A stretch of DNA of 64,000 bases from an uncultured Gammaproteobacteria bacterium. Its GTDB lineage: Bacteria; Pseudomonadota; Gammaproteobacteria; Steroidobacterales; Rariloculaceae. The position numbers were made by a program, and so were the translations under genes. The notes under the pieces are model-generated. The model searched no databases and was not told where the DNA came from. It saw only the letters and a program-made list of their open reading frames with translations. The DNA lies in the NCBI GenBank assembly GCA_963741255.1, contig CAVUHM010000001.1, positions 10,675-74,674 of the forward strand, read 5' to 3'. Of this stretch, positions 37,588 to 47,208 are shown piece by piece. Position 1 is the first letter of the stretch. The number at the start of each line of letters is the position of its first letter.

Positions 37588-39589
37588 GTCATCGGCGAGC
37601 CCGTTTGCTTGGCCGGCATCTTCACCTGTCCCGCCACGTCCTCGCCGGTCTCCTTGTCGTAGGCGCGTAGCAGCGCCACCGTTGCGCCGCTCGCATCGGT
37701 GTGGACGTCGCCTTCGCCCGCGATCACGAGCGTCTTGGTCGTCAGCGTGCCGATGAAGATCCGGCCGTAGGCGCCGAGTCGCGACACGTCGAGGCCCGCG
37801 AGTGCAGGGTTGTTGCGGATGTTGTCGGGCGTCGTGGAGTGGGCTTTCTGCCAGAGCATCTCGCCCGTATTCATGTCGTACGCCGTGATCCGGTCGTACG
37901 GCGGCTTGATCAGCGGAATGGTCCCTTGCAGGAAGGTGCTCGCGCGAGGCCCTCCCGGCCCCGGTTGCGCTCCCAATGCGCCGGGTCGCGGGCCGAGGCC
38001 ACCGGCTGGCGGCGCCGGCGGCGGGGCGGCCGCCACCGGAGCGGCGCCCGCGCGCGCAGCCGGACCCGGGTCGAACGGCCTGAGATTGGCGGGGATGTTC
38101 TGCAGCGTGAAGACCGCCGTATGCGAGTGAATGTAGAGGCGGTTCGTCTCGGGATCGAAGCTGCCGCCGGGCCAATTGGCGCCGCCGACATCGGCCGGCA
38201 GCATGAGCGTCCCGAGCGGGCCGCCCGGACGGTCGATCGCCGCCGGCGTGTACAGAGGCCCGATGTGGTACTGCGCCATGACTCTCTCGGCCTCGGCGCG
38301 CAGCGCCGGCGTGAGATCGTTCAGCACGTCCGCGGAAAAACCCTGGCGGTCGAACGGTTGCGGCCGCGTCGGAAACGGCTGCGTGGGGCTCGTCTTCTCG
38401 AACGGCGACTCCGATTGCGGCACGGGCCGTTCTTCGATGGGCCAGATCGGTTCGCCCGTTTCGCGGTTCAGCACGAACAGGAACGCCTGCTTGGTCGGCT
38501 GTGCCAGCGCCTTGATCGTGCGGCCGTCCTGCTGCATGTCGAAGAGAATCGGTGCGGCACGGCAGGTCGAAGTCCCAGAGGCCGTGATGCACCGTTTGGT
38601 AATGCCACCGGCGTTGGCCGGTGCGCACGTCGACCGCCACGAGCGATTCGCCGAACAGTCCGTCGCCGGGGCGGTTGAAGCCGTTGTAGTCGGAGGACGG
38701 CATCTCGACGGGCAGATACACGAGCCCGAGCTCCGGATCCGCGCTCATTTGCGACCAGACGCCGGTGTTGCCGTTGCGCTCCGCCGCGCCGTCTCCCCAC
38801 GTCTCGTAACCGAACTCGCCTCGAGCCGGGACGGTATGGAAGATCCAGAGGCGCTTGCCGGTCCGCACGTCGAAACCGCGCACGTTGCCGCGTACGTCCC
38901 AGGTCGAGCTCGGGGCTGCCGGCCGGGCGATGCGCGGCGCCCACCACAATGACGTTCCCGACCACGAGCGGCGTGGCGTTGAGCCCGATGTTGCCGCCGT
39001 CCGGGTCGACCTCCTGGTCGAAGTTTTCCTTCAGGTCCACGATGCCGTCGTCGCCGAACGAGTCGACGGGAATGCCCGTCTTGGCGTCGAGCGCGATCAT
39101 GCGATAGCCGGGCGTCACGTAGATGATGCGTTCGTCCGTGCCGTCCGGGCTCGACCACCACGCCACGCCGCGACCGGCTCCTTGGCGAGCGCCCGCACTG
39201 CCGCGCGCGCCTTCGTCCTCGCGGTACAGCCATTTCATTTCGCCCGTTGCGGGATCGAGCGCGACCACCGCGCGGCGCGTGCCCGCCGTCGTGTACAGGG
39301 TGTCGTTCACGTACAGCGGGGTTGCGGAATACAGCGTGTCGGGGCGCGGGCCGAGAAAATCCGTGCGCAGGCGCCACGCGATCCGCAGATCCTTGAAGTT
39401 GTCCTTGTCGATTTGGTCCAGCGACGAGTAGCGCTGGCTCGCAAGGTTGCCGCCGTAGGTCGGCCACTGCTCGGCGCGACCACTCGCTGCGGCCGGCGGT
39501 TGCGCTGTGCCGAGGGACGCGCCAAGCACGCCCCCGAGCACGAGGGCGCAGGCTGCGATCCTAAATTTACGCAAGTAGGCTCTCCCCAC
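37494..39589 (-). pseudogene. PQQ-dependent dehydrogenase (glucose/quinate-dehydrogenase-like propeller, no heme domain); frame broken twice
   Basis: Signal peptide. EQWPTYGGNLASQRYSSLDQI, ALDPATGEMKWLY, AVDVRTGQRRWHYQTVHHGLWDFD and AYDMNTGEMLWQ. Joined from ORF 38468-39589, the frame of ORF 36637-38949 (about 38945-38560) and ORF 37494-38537. Confidence 0.75.
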
Positions 39590-39601
39590 GGCTATCGATG
39601 A

Positions 39602-40039
39602 TTACGGGTTCGGCGGGATCTGGAACGTCATCTTAGTAAGGGCGTCCTGCTCGGCAGGCAGCGGTTCGCTCCCGAGCGGCAAGCCGTTGTACCAGAGAAC
39701 GTAGGTCAGGATCTCGACCCGCTGTTCCTCGAGCAGGCTCGCGGGCTTCTCCGGCGGCATCGTCGCGATGCGCGCGACCAACGCCGCGAGCGGTGCACCG
39801 TTCCACGTGCTGGCGAATTGCGGGCCGACGAGTGGCGGAGACTTGTCCGCTCCCGCCATGGTCTCGCCGTGGCATTGCAGGCAGTGCTGGTAGTAGAGGT
39901 CCCGGCCGCGCAGCGCCTGCTCCTCGGTGTAAGCGCCGGCCAAGATCGATGGTGTGGCCGCCGGCTGTCCCACGGCCCGGACGAGACCGGTACCGGCGGA
40001 GCACGCGCTGACCAGTAGTGCGATTGAGTGGATTCTCAC
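39602..40039 (-). CDS. monoheme c-type cytochrome, exported
   Basis: ORF 39602-40126 trimmed to a GTG (VRIHSIALLVSACSA signal/lipobox). CLQCHG heme motif. Its stop is 12 nt upstream of the start of the PQQ gene. Confidence 0.75.
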   Translation of the reverse strand: MRIHSIALLVSACSAGTGLVRAVGQPAATPSILAGAYTEEQALRGRDLYYQHCLQCHGETMAGADKSPPLVGPQFASTWNGAPLAALVARIATMPPEKPASLLEEQRVEILTYVLWYNGLPLGSEPLPAEQDALTKMTFQIPPNP

Positions 40040-40152
40040 GAGTGGACCTTTGCGATGCGGATGCGTGGGAGCGTGTCGAGGACGTTCGCGTTCGAGCGCG
40101 CTATGCTCCGACTCGCAGCCGCACATGGCAAGCGAACGGGGGAGAATTGAAT

Positions 40153-40639
40153 ATGCTGAAAACCAAGCTCGTCACGGCCTTGCTCCTGTGGCTGGCATTC
40201 GCCCCTCCGGCGCTCGTGGCGCAAGGGATCGAGATCACGCCAGCAGACGCGCGGACTGCCGCGACGCGGCCCGCAAACGGCCTATACCGGTGTGGCAATC
40301 GCGGAGCTGCTGTTTCGGGCGAACGACAAGAGCAAGCTGACGATGGCGGAAATCAGCTTCGAGCCGGGTTCGCGCACGGCCTGGCATAACCACCCAGCCG
40401 GGCAGTACCTATACGTCACCTCAGGCATCGGCTGGGTGCAGTCGCGCGGCGAGAAGAAGCGCGTGGTCAAGGCGGGAGATGTGATCTGGACACCGCCCGG
40501 CGTTTTCCACTGGCATGGCGCTACGGCAACGCAAGGACTGCGGCACATCGCCGTATGGCAGTTCGTCGATGGCAGCGGAGGCGAGCTCGCAGAGCATGTC
40601 ACCGATGTCGATTACCTGGCGGAGCCGGCCGACGAGTGA
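40153..40639 (+). pseudogene. exported cupin-domain protein, one frame break near 40285
   Basis: GGGGGAGA lies before ATG 40153. Signal peptide MLKTKLVTALLLWLAFAPPALVA, in the frame of ORF 40018-40389. The cupin core WHNHPAGQYLYVTSGIGWV...PPGVFHWHGA lies in ORF 40292-40639. Confidence 0.65.
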
Positions 40640-40710
40640 AGCGCGCGGAAGTGGAGCTGCGCACGACGCACGGCTCGAGACCGTGTGCCGAGCGTGCACC
40701 GAGAGCTTGC

Positions 40711-42070
40711 TCAAAGTCCGCGCATCAGTTCGACTAACCCATCGACGATTCCCGCTTCGGCGCAGCCGGGCTTCAGCCGCGAGCTGAGCACCGTGAACAC
40801 ATTGCGGCCAAAGGCGTCGTCGCTGGGAATGTAGCCCGTCGGCGCCGAGCCGTTGGTGAGCGTGGACATCATCGTGTGCTTGAACGGCGACTCGCGCTTC
40901 AGGCGCTGCGCAATGCCGTTGTAGACCTCGCCATCCACGGTGCCGATGTACACGTCGCCGATGCGCAGCGCGCCGAGGCGGATCGAGACCTCGTCGGCAT
41001 CGACGTACGTGCCCGGAAAGCCGGCGCGACCGGAGTCCGTCCGCCGCCGCGCCGGGCAGGAGAAGCTCGCCTGCGCGCCGCTCAGCGTCGCGTCGGCCGG
41101 CGACTTCTCGAGCGATTCGCGCATCACGTGCAGCACTTCCTCGCCGAGCATCTGGCCCATCGTCTCGTCATCTGCTTCTGCTGCTTCATGAGCAGCTGCA
41201 CGCGCGGATTGCTGCGATCCAGGCCCTGGCCGCCGGGCGGCATCGCATTGCTGATGTCCTCGCCGCGTTTCGCGTAGTCCGCGATGCGGATCTCGCGCAG
41301 CTCGTAGGTCTGGTTGAAGTAGATCGGGTTCTGGTCGCCGGCCGCGCCGCTCGCCCACAGCGCCACGGCGTCTGCCGCCGAGGGATTCCTCGACGTAGCG
41401 CGAGGTTGCGCCGGGAATGTCGCCGCTGATCATGTCGAGCGTGCCGGTGAGCACGCCGTGCACGGCATAGTTGTAGTACACCGCGATCGGCTCGCCGGCC
41501 GGCGTCTCGACGCGGACCACGGCCACGGTCTTGTCGGACGTGCCGTCGTAGTTGGGCCCTTCCCACCAGCGGTTGGTTACCGGATCGACGCGGTCGCGGT
41601 TCACGTTGATGTACGAGACGCCCGTGCCCCAGGCCACCCGCGCCGGCTGCAGCCGCGCGACGCCTCGCGCAGGCTCTGCAGGATCTTTTCCTCGACGCCG
41701 CCGCCGAGCCGGAACGGCACGCTGTGCGTGTGCGTCGCCGAAATCAGCAGCTGGTTGGCAGGGATCGCCAGCTCCGCCTGCGGCGCGCGCGCTGACCTTG
41801 TTGTACAGGTCGGTGGGAATCGCGCCGGCATCCACCGCGACCAGCGCCGCGCGCGTGCGGCCGTTGTCGACCACGAGGGCGCGCACGAAGATCGGATCGA
41901 GCACGCCGGTGAAGTTGCGGGGCAGCTGCGCGTCCGCGCGGCGTGTAGTCGATGCGCGCTGCGCCGGCGCGCAATTCATCCCCGGGCCTTGCCGACGGCT
42001 GTGCGTGCACCGCCGCCGATGCGCAGAGCGCGACGGACGACAGCCAGACAACCGGGGATCGACTTCGCAC
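40711..42070 (-). pseudogene. neutral/alkaline ceramidase-like hydrolase, exported; frame broken at least 5 times
   Basis: Signal peptide in ORF 41744-42070. LDPIFVRALVVDNGRTRAALVAVDAG and LLISATHTHS (ORF 41601-41831) match the ceramidase N-terminal domain pattern. The remaining pieces lie in ORFs 40711-42114 and 41124-41366. Confidence 0.55.
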
Positions 42071-42151
42071 GCATGGCGCCTCCTCTTGCGGTATCGGCGC
42101 AGCATACCCGCCATCGCACGCTATGCAACCGTTTGCACAACCCGAACGGCG

Positions 42152-43108
42152 CTAGGTTCCGGTGGCGATCTCGCGGTGCGCCTGCATCGCGAGCAATATT
42201 CCGCCGACGATGCCCGAGTCCCCGCCGAGCTCAGGCGCACGAACGTAGCCCGCCGCGCGCTCCAAGTCTGCGAGCGGCGGCAGGTAGCCGTTCAAGTATT
42301 CGAGCATTGCCGCGCTCACGAGCGGCAAGAGCGCTCCGTTCGACATTACACCTCCGCCGAACACGATGCGCTCGACCGATTCCAGCAGCGCGATCGACGC
42401 GGCGAGCTGCCCCAAGTAGCCCGCGATAACGGAGTGTCCGAAGTGATCGGCGGGGAGCGCTTCGAGATCGCGGCCCCAGCGCGCGCGGATCGCGGGCCCG
42501 CTCGCGAACCCCTCGATGCAGCTGCGATGAAACGGGCACACCCCCGCGAAGCCGGCGTCGCGCGGATCGCGAGCCGCCGGCAGATGACCCATCTCGGCGT
42601 GCATGAGCCTGCGCCGCGTGCGGTCCTGCGGTGCCACCGCGCCGCCAATCCCGGTGCCGACTGTCACGTACGCGAGCGACCCCGCGCCGCGGCCCGCGCC
42701 GAGGCGCCACTCAGCGAGCGCAGCGGCGCCGACGTCGGTGTCGAGCGCGATAGGCGCAGCGAACGCCGAGCGCAGGGGTGCGAGTACGTCGGTGCCGGAC
42801 CAGCCCTGCTTCGGCGTGGTCAGCAATCGGCCGAAGTTGCTTGCGCCGGGCGCAAGCTCGATGGGGCCGAAGCAGCCAAAACCGAAAGCCGCGATTGGCC
42901 CGCGCGCGTTCTCGGCGGCCAAGAAGAAGTCCACGCATTCGGCGAGCGTCGCGCGAGCGTCGACGGTCGGCACCGCGACGCGATCGAGAATGCGGTCCGG
43001 CGCTTCGGCCACCGCGCAAACGAACTTCGTGCCGCCGCCTTCTATCGCGCCGAACAGCGGTTTGCGCGCATGGGTGCTCGCCATGCTGATCGTGCCGCTC
43101 ATGCTCAT
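42152..43108 (-). CDS. ROK-family sugar kinase (fructokinase-like)
   Basis: Intact 318-aa ORF. FGAIEGGGTKFVCAV, DTDVGAAALAE, VTVGTGIGGA and the zinc motif CPFHRSCIEG. Confidence 0.8.
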   Translation of the reverse strand: MSMSGTISMASTHARKPLFGAIEGGGTKFVCAVAEAPDRILDRVAVPTVDARATLAECVDFFLAAENARGPIAAFGFGCFGPIELAPGASNFGRLLTTPKQGWSGTDVLAPLRSAFAAPIALDTDVGAAALAEWRLGAGRGAGSLAYVTVGTGIGGAVAPQDRTRRRLMHAEMGHLPAARDPRDAGFAGVCPFHRSCIEGFASGPAIRARWGRDLEALPADHFGHSVIAGYLGQLAASIALLESVERIVFGGGVMSNGALLPLVSAAMLEYLNGYLPPLADLERAAGYVRAPELGGDSGIVGGILLAMQAHREIATGT

Positions 43109-43148
43109 GGCGGGCTATCGGTGCCCAACGGCCTAACGGTAGACTTCG

Positions 43149-44477
43149 GTGCAAACGATTGCAACGGAGCCTGTGAGAAGCTTCTTGGAGACTACGCCGG
43201 CGAGCAACGAGAGCAATGACGGGCGAATGATCCGCGCGCTCGTCTGCTTGATGTTTTTCACCTTCGCGATGACGACCGATGCCGTCGGCAGCGTGATTCC
43301 GGCCGTCATCGCCGAGTTTTCACTCAGCATGACGGCGGCGAGCGCGTTCCAGTACGCGACGATGGCCGGCATCGCCGCGGGGGCGTTGCTGCTCGGTTTT
43401 CTCGCCGACCGGTTCGGCCGCAAGCGCACGGTCATCGTCGGCCTCTGCCTGTACGGCGCCGCATCGCTCGTGTTCGCGGTCAGCGACCGCTTCGGCGCCT
43501 TCGTGATGCTGCTGGCAGTTTCCGGCCTCGGCATCAGCGTGTTCAAGATCGGCGCGCTCGCGCTCGTGGGCGACGTTTCCGCGTCGACGACGTCGCATAC
43601 GCGCTTCATGAACACGATCGAGGGCTTCTTCGCCGTCGGCGCCATCGTGGGCCCGGCCGTCGTCGCGACGTTGATCGCGCAGGGGCTTTCCTGGAAATGG
43701 CTGTACGTGGCGGCGGCCGCAATCTGTGTGTTGCTCGTGGCGATGGCCTCGCGGGTGCGCTATCCGGATACGACGAAGGGCGCGACGGAGCGGGCCACGC
43801 TGCGCGAGATGGTGAGCGTCCTGCGGGATCCCGTGGCGCTCGGTGTCTCGGCTCTCGTGATGCTGTACGTCGCTGTCGAGGTCGCCGTTTACGTTTGGAT
43901 GCCGACGTATCTGCTCGGTTACGGCGGCTCGTTCGCGTGGCTGCCCGCGTACGCGCTGACGCTGTTTTTCGTGCTGCGCGCCGCGGGCCGATTCCTCGGC
44001 GCATGGCTCCTGGCGCACGTGTCCTGGACGCCCGCGCTTGCGATCGTTGGCGGGGCGATCTTCCTCTGCTTTCTCGGCTCATTGTGGTTCGGTGTCGACG
44101 CTGCTGCGTGGCTACTCCCTATCTCCGGGCTCTTCATGTCCATCGTGTACCCGACACTGAACTCGAAGGGCATCAGCTGCTTTCCGAAGTCGCAGCACGG
44201 CGCGGCCGCCGGCGTGATCTTGTTCTTCACGGCAGTGGCTGCGGCGCTCGGTCCGCTCGCGATGGCAGCGATCAGCGATGCCTACGGCACGACCGAGGCC
44301 GGCTTCGTGCTGGCGACGGCATTCGCCTTCTTGCTGCTCGCGGGGCTCGCGGGCAACTGGCTGCTCGATCCGTTCGGGCGCCGGTTGCAGGCCTCCGACC
44401 GTGACGATTATGCCGGCGCACAGGCGCGAGCACGGCGCTCCCGCACGCGACGCCCGTGTCAGCACCCGATCCCGCGA
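43149..44477 (+). CDS. MFS transporter (sugar porter type); 3' end uncertain
   Basis: ORF 43149-44819 has about 12 hydrophobic segments and the GFLADRFGRKR loop motif. Its frame runs on into the next gene without a stop, so the true end (about 44400-44480) cannot be fixed. Confidence 0.8.
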
Positions 44478-44478
44478 A

Positions 44479-45964
44479 GTGAAGAACCGCGTCCAGCTGA
44501 TCGCCTACGCGGACCGCCTCGGCGGCACATTCGCGGGTTTGCGGGAGCTGCTCGCCGGGCCGCTCTCGGGGCTGTTCGGCGGCGTGCACCTTCTGCCGTT
44601 CTTCGAGCGCATCGACGGCGCAGATGCGGGATTCGATCCGATCGATCACACGCGCGTCGACGCGCGCTTGGGCACGTTGGGACGACGTCGCCGCGCTCGC
44701 GCGCGATGATCGACGTGATGGCCGACGTGATCGTGAATCACATCTCGAGCCGCTCGCCGCAGTTCCTGGACTCTGGCCGAGCGCGGCGCTCGAAGCCGCG
44801 TTCGCGGGGATGTTTCTGACGCTGGACGGCGTATTCCCGGAAGGCGCTGCCGAGCGCGACTTGCTGGCGATCTATCGGCCGCGGCCGGGCCTGCCGTTCA
44901 CGACGCTCACGCTGCGGATGGCACGCGCCGAATACTCTGGACCACGTTCACGCCCGAGCAGATCGACATCGACGTCACGCATCCGCGCGGCATCGAATAC
45001 CTCGAGGAGATCCTACGGACGTTCGGCGCGCACGGCATCAAGATGATCCGGCTCGACGCGGTCGGCTACGCGATCAAGAACGCCGGGCACGAGCTGCTTC
45101 ATGATGCCCGAGACCTTCGAGTTCATCGGCGAGTTGGCCGCTCGCGCGCGCCGCCACGGCCTCGAGGTGCTCGTCGAGGTGCATTCGCACTACGAGCAGC
45201 AGATCGAGATCGCGCGGCACGTGGATTGGGTGTACGACTTCGCGTTGCCGCCGCTCGTGCTGCACGCTTTCTCGCGAGGCACGGCACGCGCTCTGAAGCG
45301 CTGGATCGCGATCCGCCCGCGCAACGCGCTCACCGTGCTCGACACGCACGACGGCATCGGCGTGATCGACATCGCGGCCGAGCACGGTGGAACCGGGCGG
45401 CCCGGGCTCGTTGCAGACGACGAGCTCGACCGTCTCGTCGAAGACATTCACGCGAACAGCCGTGGCGAAAGTGCGCGCGCCACGGGCGCGGCTGCGTCGA
45501 ATCTCGATCTCTACCAGGTGAACTGCACGTTCTACGACGCGCTTGGCCGAGACGATCGCAAATACCTGCTCGCCCGCGCCATCCAGTTCTTCTTGCCCGG
45601 AGTCCCGCAGGTGTACTACGTCGGCTTGCTGGCCGGCACGAACGACATGGCGCTGCTCGCCCGAACGGGCGTCGGTCGCGACATCAACCGGCATTACTAC
45701 ACGCGCGCCGAGATCGACGAGGCGCTGGCCCGGCCGTGCGTGCAGCGACTGTTCGATCTGATTCGCCTGCGCAACGAGCATGCCGCCTTCGGCGGCACGT
45801 TCGAGATCGGCGACTCGCCGGATGACATGCTCGATCTGACGTGGCGTCGAGGCGAGGACGTCGCGCGCCTCACGGTGAATCGTCGCGACCTGCGAGCATC
45901 GTCTCGAATACTCGAGCGCCGGGCGAGTTCAGCGGTTCGAGCTGGGCGGCACGCCTGCAGGTAG
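44479..45964 (+). pseudogene. GH13 sucrose-phosphorylase-like glycoside phosphorylase; frame broken at least 4 times
   Basis: Strong run of sucrose-phosphorylase blocks: KNRVQLIAYADRLGG, HLLPFF...DGADAGFDPIDHT, IVNHIS, IYRPRPGLPFT, IRLDAVGYA, VEVHS, YDFALPPL, LDTHDGIGVID, NLDLYQVNCTFY, FLPGVPQVYYVG and GRDINRHYY. They are spread over ORFs 44278-44709, 43149-44819, 44624-45046, 45043-45825 and 45101-45964. Confidence 0.75.
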
Positions 45965-46038
45965 CGCCGAGCGGCGCAGCGCGCGAGCCGCGTCCATCGG
46001 AGAGAGTCTTGGGTAAGAGGAAGGCGCGCAACAGCAAG

Positions 46039-47137
46039 ATGGCCGAGGTCGCGCGGCGCGCCGGCGTGTCGCTTTCGACCGTGTCCCGCGCGCTCGCTGG
46101 CAGCCCGCTGATCTCGGAAGGTACGCGCAAACTGGTGCGCAGCGTGGCCGCGCGTCTCGACTATCGCGTCGACGCGGCCGGCAGCAGCCTGCGGACGGGG
46201 CTCACGCGCACGGCCGGTGTCGTGATTCCGCTCACGCACGCGGAAACGCAGCATCTTTCGGACCCGTTCTTTCTCGAAATACTCGGCGCGATCGCGGACG
46301 AGCTTGCGGCGCGCGGCTACAACATGCTGCTCGCAAAGGTCACGCACGACCCGACGGAGTGGATCGCGAGCTCGATCCGCTCGCGGCGCGCCGACGGCGT
46401 CATCGTGATCGGACAGAGCCTGCATCATGGCGCGTTGAACGCGCTCGCCGACGCGGATGTGCCGCTCGTCGTCTGGGGCGCGCAGCTTCCCGATCAGCGT
46501 TACGCTGTCGGTCGGCTCGGACAACGAGGAGGGCGGCTACTCGGCGACGCAGCATCTGCTCGAGCAGGGTTGTCGCGACATCGCGTTTCTCGGCGATGCC
46601 GCCGTTCCCGAAGTGGCCGCGCGTCTTTCAGGTTATGCCCGCGCTCTGCGGGAGGCTGGCCGGCCTCGGGAAGCGCGTTTGGAGCTCTGCGTGCGGTTCG
46701 GCAGCGATCGCGACACCGCGCATCGGGCCGTCTCGTCGTTGCTCGACGCCGACGTTGCGTTCGACGGCGTCGTCGCGTGCTCGGACCTGTTTGCAATGAG
46801 CGCGGTGCAGGCGCTCGTCGAGCGCGGACGGAGAGTGCCGGCCGACTGCGCCGTCGTCGGCTACGACGACATCCCGTTCGCTTCGCTGACGACGCCACCG
46901 CTGACGACGGTGCGACAGAACTGCCGCGAAGGCGCCAAGCAGCTCGTCGATAAGCTCATGCGGGCGATCAACCGCGAACGACCCTCGTCAGCCGTGCTTC
47001 CGACCGAGATCGTCGTGCGCGCGTCGAGTCAGCGCGAGCGCTACCGAAAGCTGCCGTCGATTTCGGGGAAGCGAGCGTCCGGCTCGGCGCGCTCGCGTCA
47101 CGGCCGGCGTAACGACCCTGTCGGTGGTCAAGGCTGA
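46039..47137 (+). pseudogene. LacI-family transcriptional regulator, one frame break near 46507-46516
   Basis: HTH MAEVARRAGVSLSTVSRAL in the frame of ORF 45841-46953. Sugar-binding domain in ORF 46457-47137 (VGSDNEEGGY...VVGYDDIPFA...LTTVRQ). The break sits at gtcGGtcggc. Confidence 0.8.
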
Positions 47138-47150
47138 TTGCCGCCCCTAA

Positions 47151-47167
47151 TGTTATGCGCTATAACA
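47151..47167. promoter_or_regulatory. AT-rich inverted repeat TGTTAT-N5-ATAACA overlapping a TATAAC -10-like hexamer, between LacI and the DUF1592 copy-2 gene
   Basis: Read directly: tgttatgcgctataaca. It is the only AT-rich patch in the 71-nt spacer, 42 nt upstream of ATG 47209, and GGGGGAG lies before the ATG. Its function is not demonstrated. Confidence 0.25.
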
Positions 47168-47208
47168 AAGCGTAACGGCACGAGCATGTTGGGGGAGCGC
47201 TAGCGTCT

